Origin: a virus
IMG/VR virus record: IMGVR_UViG_3300045988_183078
Length of the DNA stretch: 64,000 nt
Reading direction: 5' to 3' (one strand)
Part shown: piece after piece, positions 62,641-64,000 of the stretch
Position numbering within the stretch: the stretch's first letter is position 1
Layout of the letters: each line of letters opens with the position of its first letter
Program-made: the position numbers and the translations under genes
Notes under the pieces: model-generated
Told to the model about the DNA's origin: nothing
The model's database searches: none
What the model saw: only the letters and a program-made list of their open reading frames with translations

Positions 62641-62783
62641 CACATCACTCCCTTGCGAACATATTTCAGAGTCACTCTCAGCTATACTGCCTTTCAGTAC
62701 ATTACCGTCTTGCACCAACGTGGAGGTGGTGACCATTGCAAGACACTGGCAACCATTACTGATTGCCAGAAGGGAGCTATCCC

Positions 62784-64000
62784 TTATCTTTTGGTTTTGA
62801 AGCCATCCATATTCTTCAGCGGATTATCACGTTTCTTTGCCGTATCGCTTTTGCGCTGTGCGCGGTGTTTTCCGCCACGGCTTGTCGAGGTTGTACGACG
62901 TCCTTCAGTCAGTCGTGCGTCATCCGTGTACGCTCTCGGATTCCTTTCACGCTTGAAGCGTTCGTGTTCCGGCGGATTCTGAGGTTTATCCGAACGGCGA
63001 GAGCCACGGCTCTGATTTGCGCTTTGGCTGATGTCGCGGAAATCTACTGCTTCTCGAACTTCTTTTGCGACAGAATCGAAGCCCTCAGGCTGATAGCTTC
63101 TCGTCTGTGCGTTCCACTTAGCGGTACGCTCAAAGGTGAACGTGTTGGCACTGTAATCTGTCACGGGATTGCCTTCAGCATCCTGTTTCAGCGTTGCACG
63201 CCATACCGTTTTACCTGTATCTTCGTCAAGTCCCTCACGCGTCAGCTGGAATACGCCTGCGGATGCAGAGCGAATCGTACCATTGGTATCGCTGAGCTTG
63301 TTGACGCTGGTATTGGAAAGTACAATACCTTGAGGAACGGGCGGAATTGATACTTCCTCGGCCTGCTCATTGCTCTGCTGTACCGTGGTATCTACCTGAG
63401 CTTGACCAAGCATTGCGTCACCGGTTTGTTTTGCATCAGGTACAGTAGTCGTTTCCACGACTGCACCAGAGGTGGTGTCAGAAACGTCAGCGTGGATGCT
63501 CTGTGCTTCTGGTTCCGCAGCAGAAGACATACTGTCATCCGTAGCGGCCTTGATTTCGTCTTCCTTAAACGAATTGCCTGTACCTTCTCCGTAGAATCCA
63601 GCACCGTCTGCAATCGGAGAATCCTCTGCTTCGTAAGTGCCAGTATCTACGTCATCAGCATCATCGCCATTGGATGCGCTATCGGAGTGTTTGTTTGCTC
63701 CACTATCACTGTCGTGAACCGTCTCGCTATCGCCGTCATCATAGTCAGAAGAACTGTGATGTGTATATGCGGAATCAGGTTCATCATCGGCATCGTTATC
63801 GCTGTCACTGGAAGATGCGGCCACATTGGAATCGTTGGACGGGTTCGTTGCAGCCAGGCCGTCACCAGCGGCATCCTCAGACTCAAAGCTATCAGTGGCT
63901 TCTCTACCCGTAGGCTCGTAACCAGAATCATTACTGGAGGTTTCGCTCATCGGAGAGGAGCTGCCAGGCTCGTATGCCTCTGTGGTGTTGGAAGAGTCAG
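62784..64000 (-). CDS. acidic Ser/Asp-rich low-complexity protein, partial (frame stays open beyond the window end)
   Basis: ORF continues without stop upstream of the Met at 63950. Intrinsically disordered composition. Confidence 0.5.
   Translation of the reverse strand, partial: DSSNTTEAYEPGSSSPMSETSSNDSGYEPTGREATDSFESEDAAGDGLAATNPSNDSNVAASSSDSDNDADDEPDSAYTHHSSSDYDDGDSETVHDSDSGANKHSDSASNGDDADDVDTGTYEAEDSPIADGAGFYGEGTGNSFKEDEIKAATDDSMSSAAEPEAQSIHADVSDTTSGAVVETTTVPDAKQTGDAMLGQAQVDTTVQQSNEQAEEVSIPPVPQGIVLSNTSVNKLSDTNGTIRSASAGVFQLTREGLDEDTGKTVWRATLKQDAEGNPVTDYSANTFTFERTAKWNAQTRSYQPEGFDSVAKEVREAVDFRDISQSANQSRGSRRSDKPQNPPEHERFKRERNPRAYTDDARLTEGRRTTSTSRGGKHRAQRKSDTAKKRDNPLKNMDGFKTKR

Noticed and set aside
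1-64000. CRISPR arrays, tRNA/rRNA genes, integrase/recombinase, transposase
   Set aside because: No regularly spaced direct repeats with unique spacers, no cloverleaf-compatible segments noticed, and no ORF with integrase (R..H..R..Y) or DDE transposase signatures in this window.

Overview
Accessory, mobile-element-like DNA from a Gram-positive (Clostridia-type) genome, GC about 50% with one AT-rich island (~33% GC, about 15240-16740). About 80 genes, almost all on the minus strand. The 3' half (about 47.4-64 kb) carries a Gram-positive type IV secretion/conjugation module: VirB4-like ATPase, VirB3-like membrane protein, VirD4/TraG-type coupling protein, M23 cell-wall hydrolase, secreted thioredoxin-like protein, lipoprotein, and a wHTH replication/oriT-binding candidate. 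The 5' two-thirds looks like a plasmid or ICE leading region: ParB-like DGQHR nuclease, SF1 helicase, Y-family polymerase, MazG-like pyrophosphatase, nucleotidyltransferase, SLOG (YpsA-like) protein, two calcineurin-like phosphoesterases, sortase, an MBL-fold hydrolase fused to an Ada-like Zn domain, a flotillin, and many small acidic or unknown proteins. Several of these sit in tandem paralog families (A: 199 and 220 aa; B: 203 aa twice; C: 108 and 106 aa; 66 aa twice; two TM-HNH proteins). Most notable: each A paralog lies immediately upstream of an ADP-ribose-removing enzyme of a different fold (a TARG1/DarG-like macro domain, and a NADAR/YbiA domain), resembling minimal DarT-DarG-like modules of two specificities, or paired anti-defence cassettes. 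At least 12 sigma70-type promoters share the architecture TTGnnn-16 nt-TAnnAT with a conserved spacer core GTGCGAATTGC. Half of them are followed by intrinsic-terminator-like hairpins with the conserved stem AGAGCGG/CCGCTCT placed before the RBS. A BlaI/MecI-like repressor plus XRE regulator on the plus strand is itself driven by one of these promoters. No rRNA, tRNA, CRISPR array, integrase or recognisable relaxase was found in the window. Two genes appear frameshifted.
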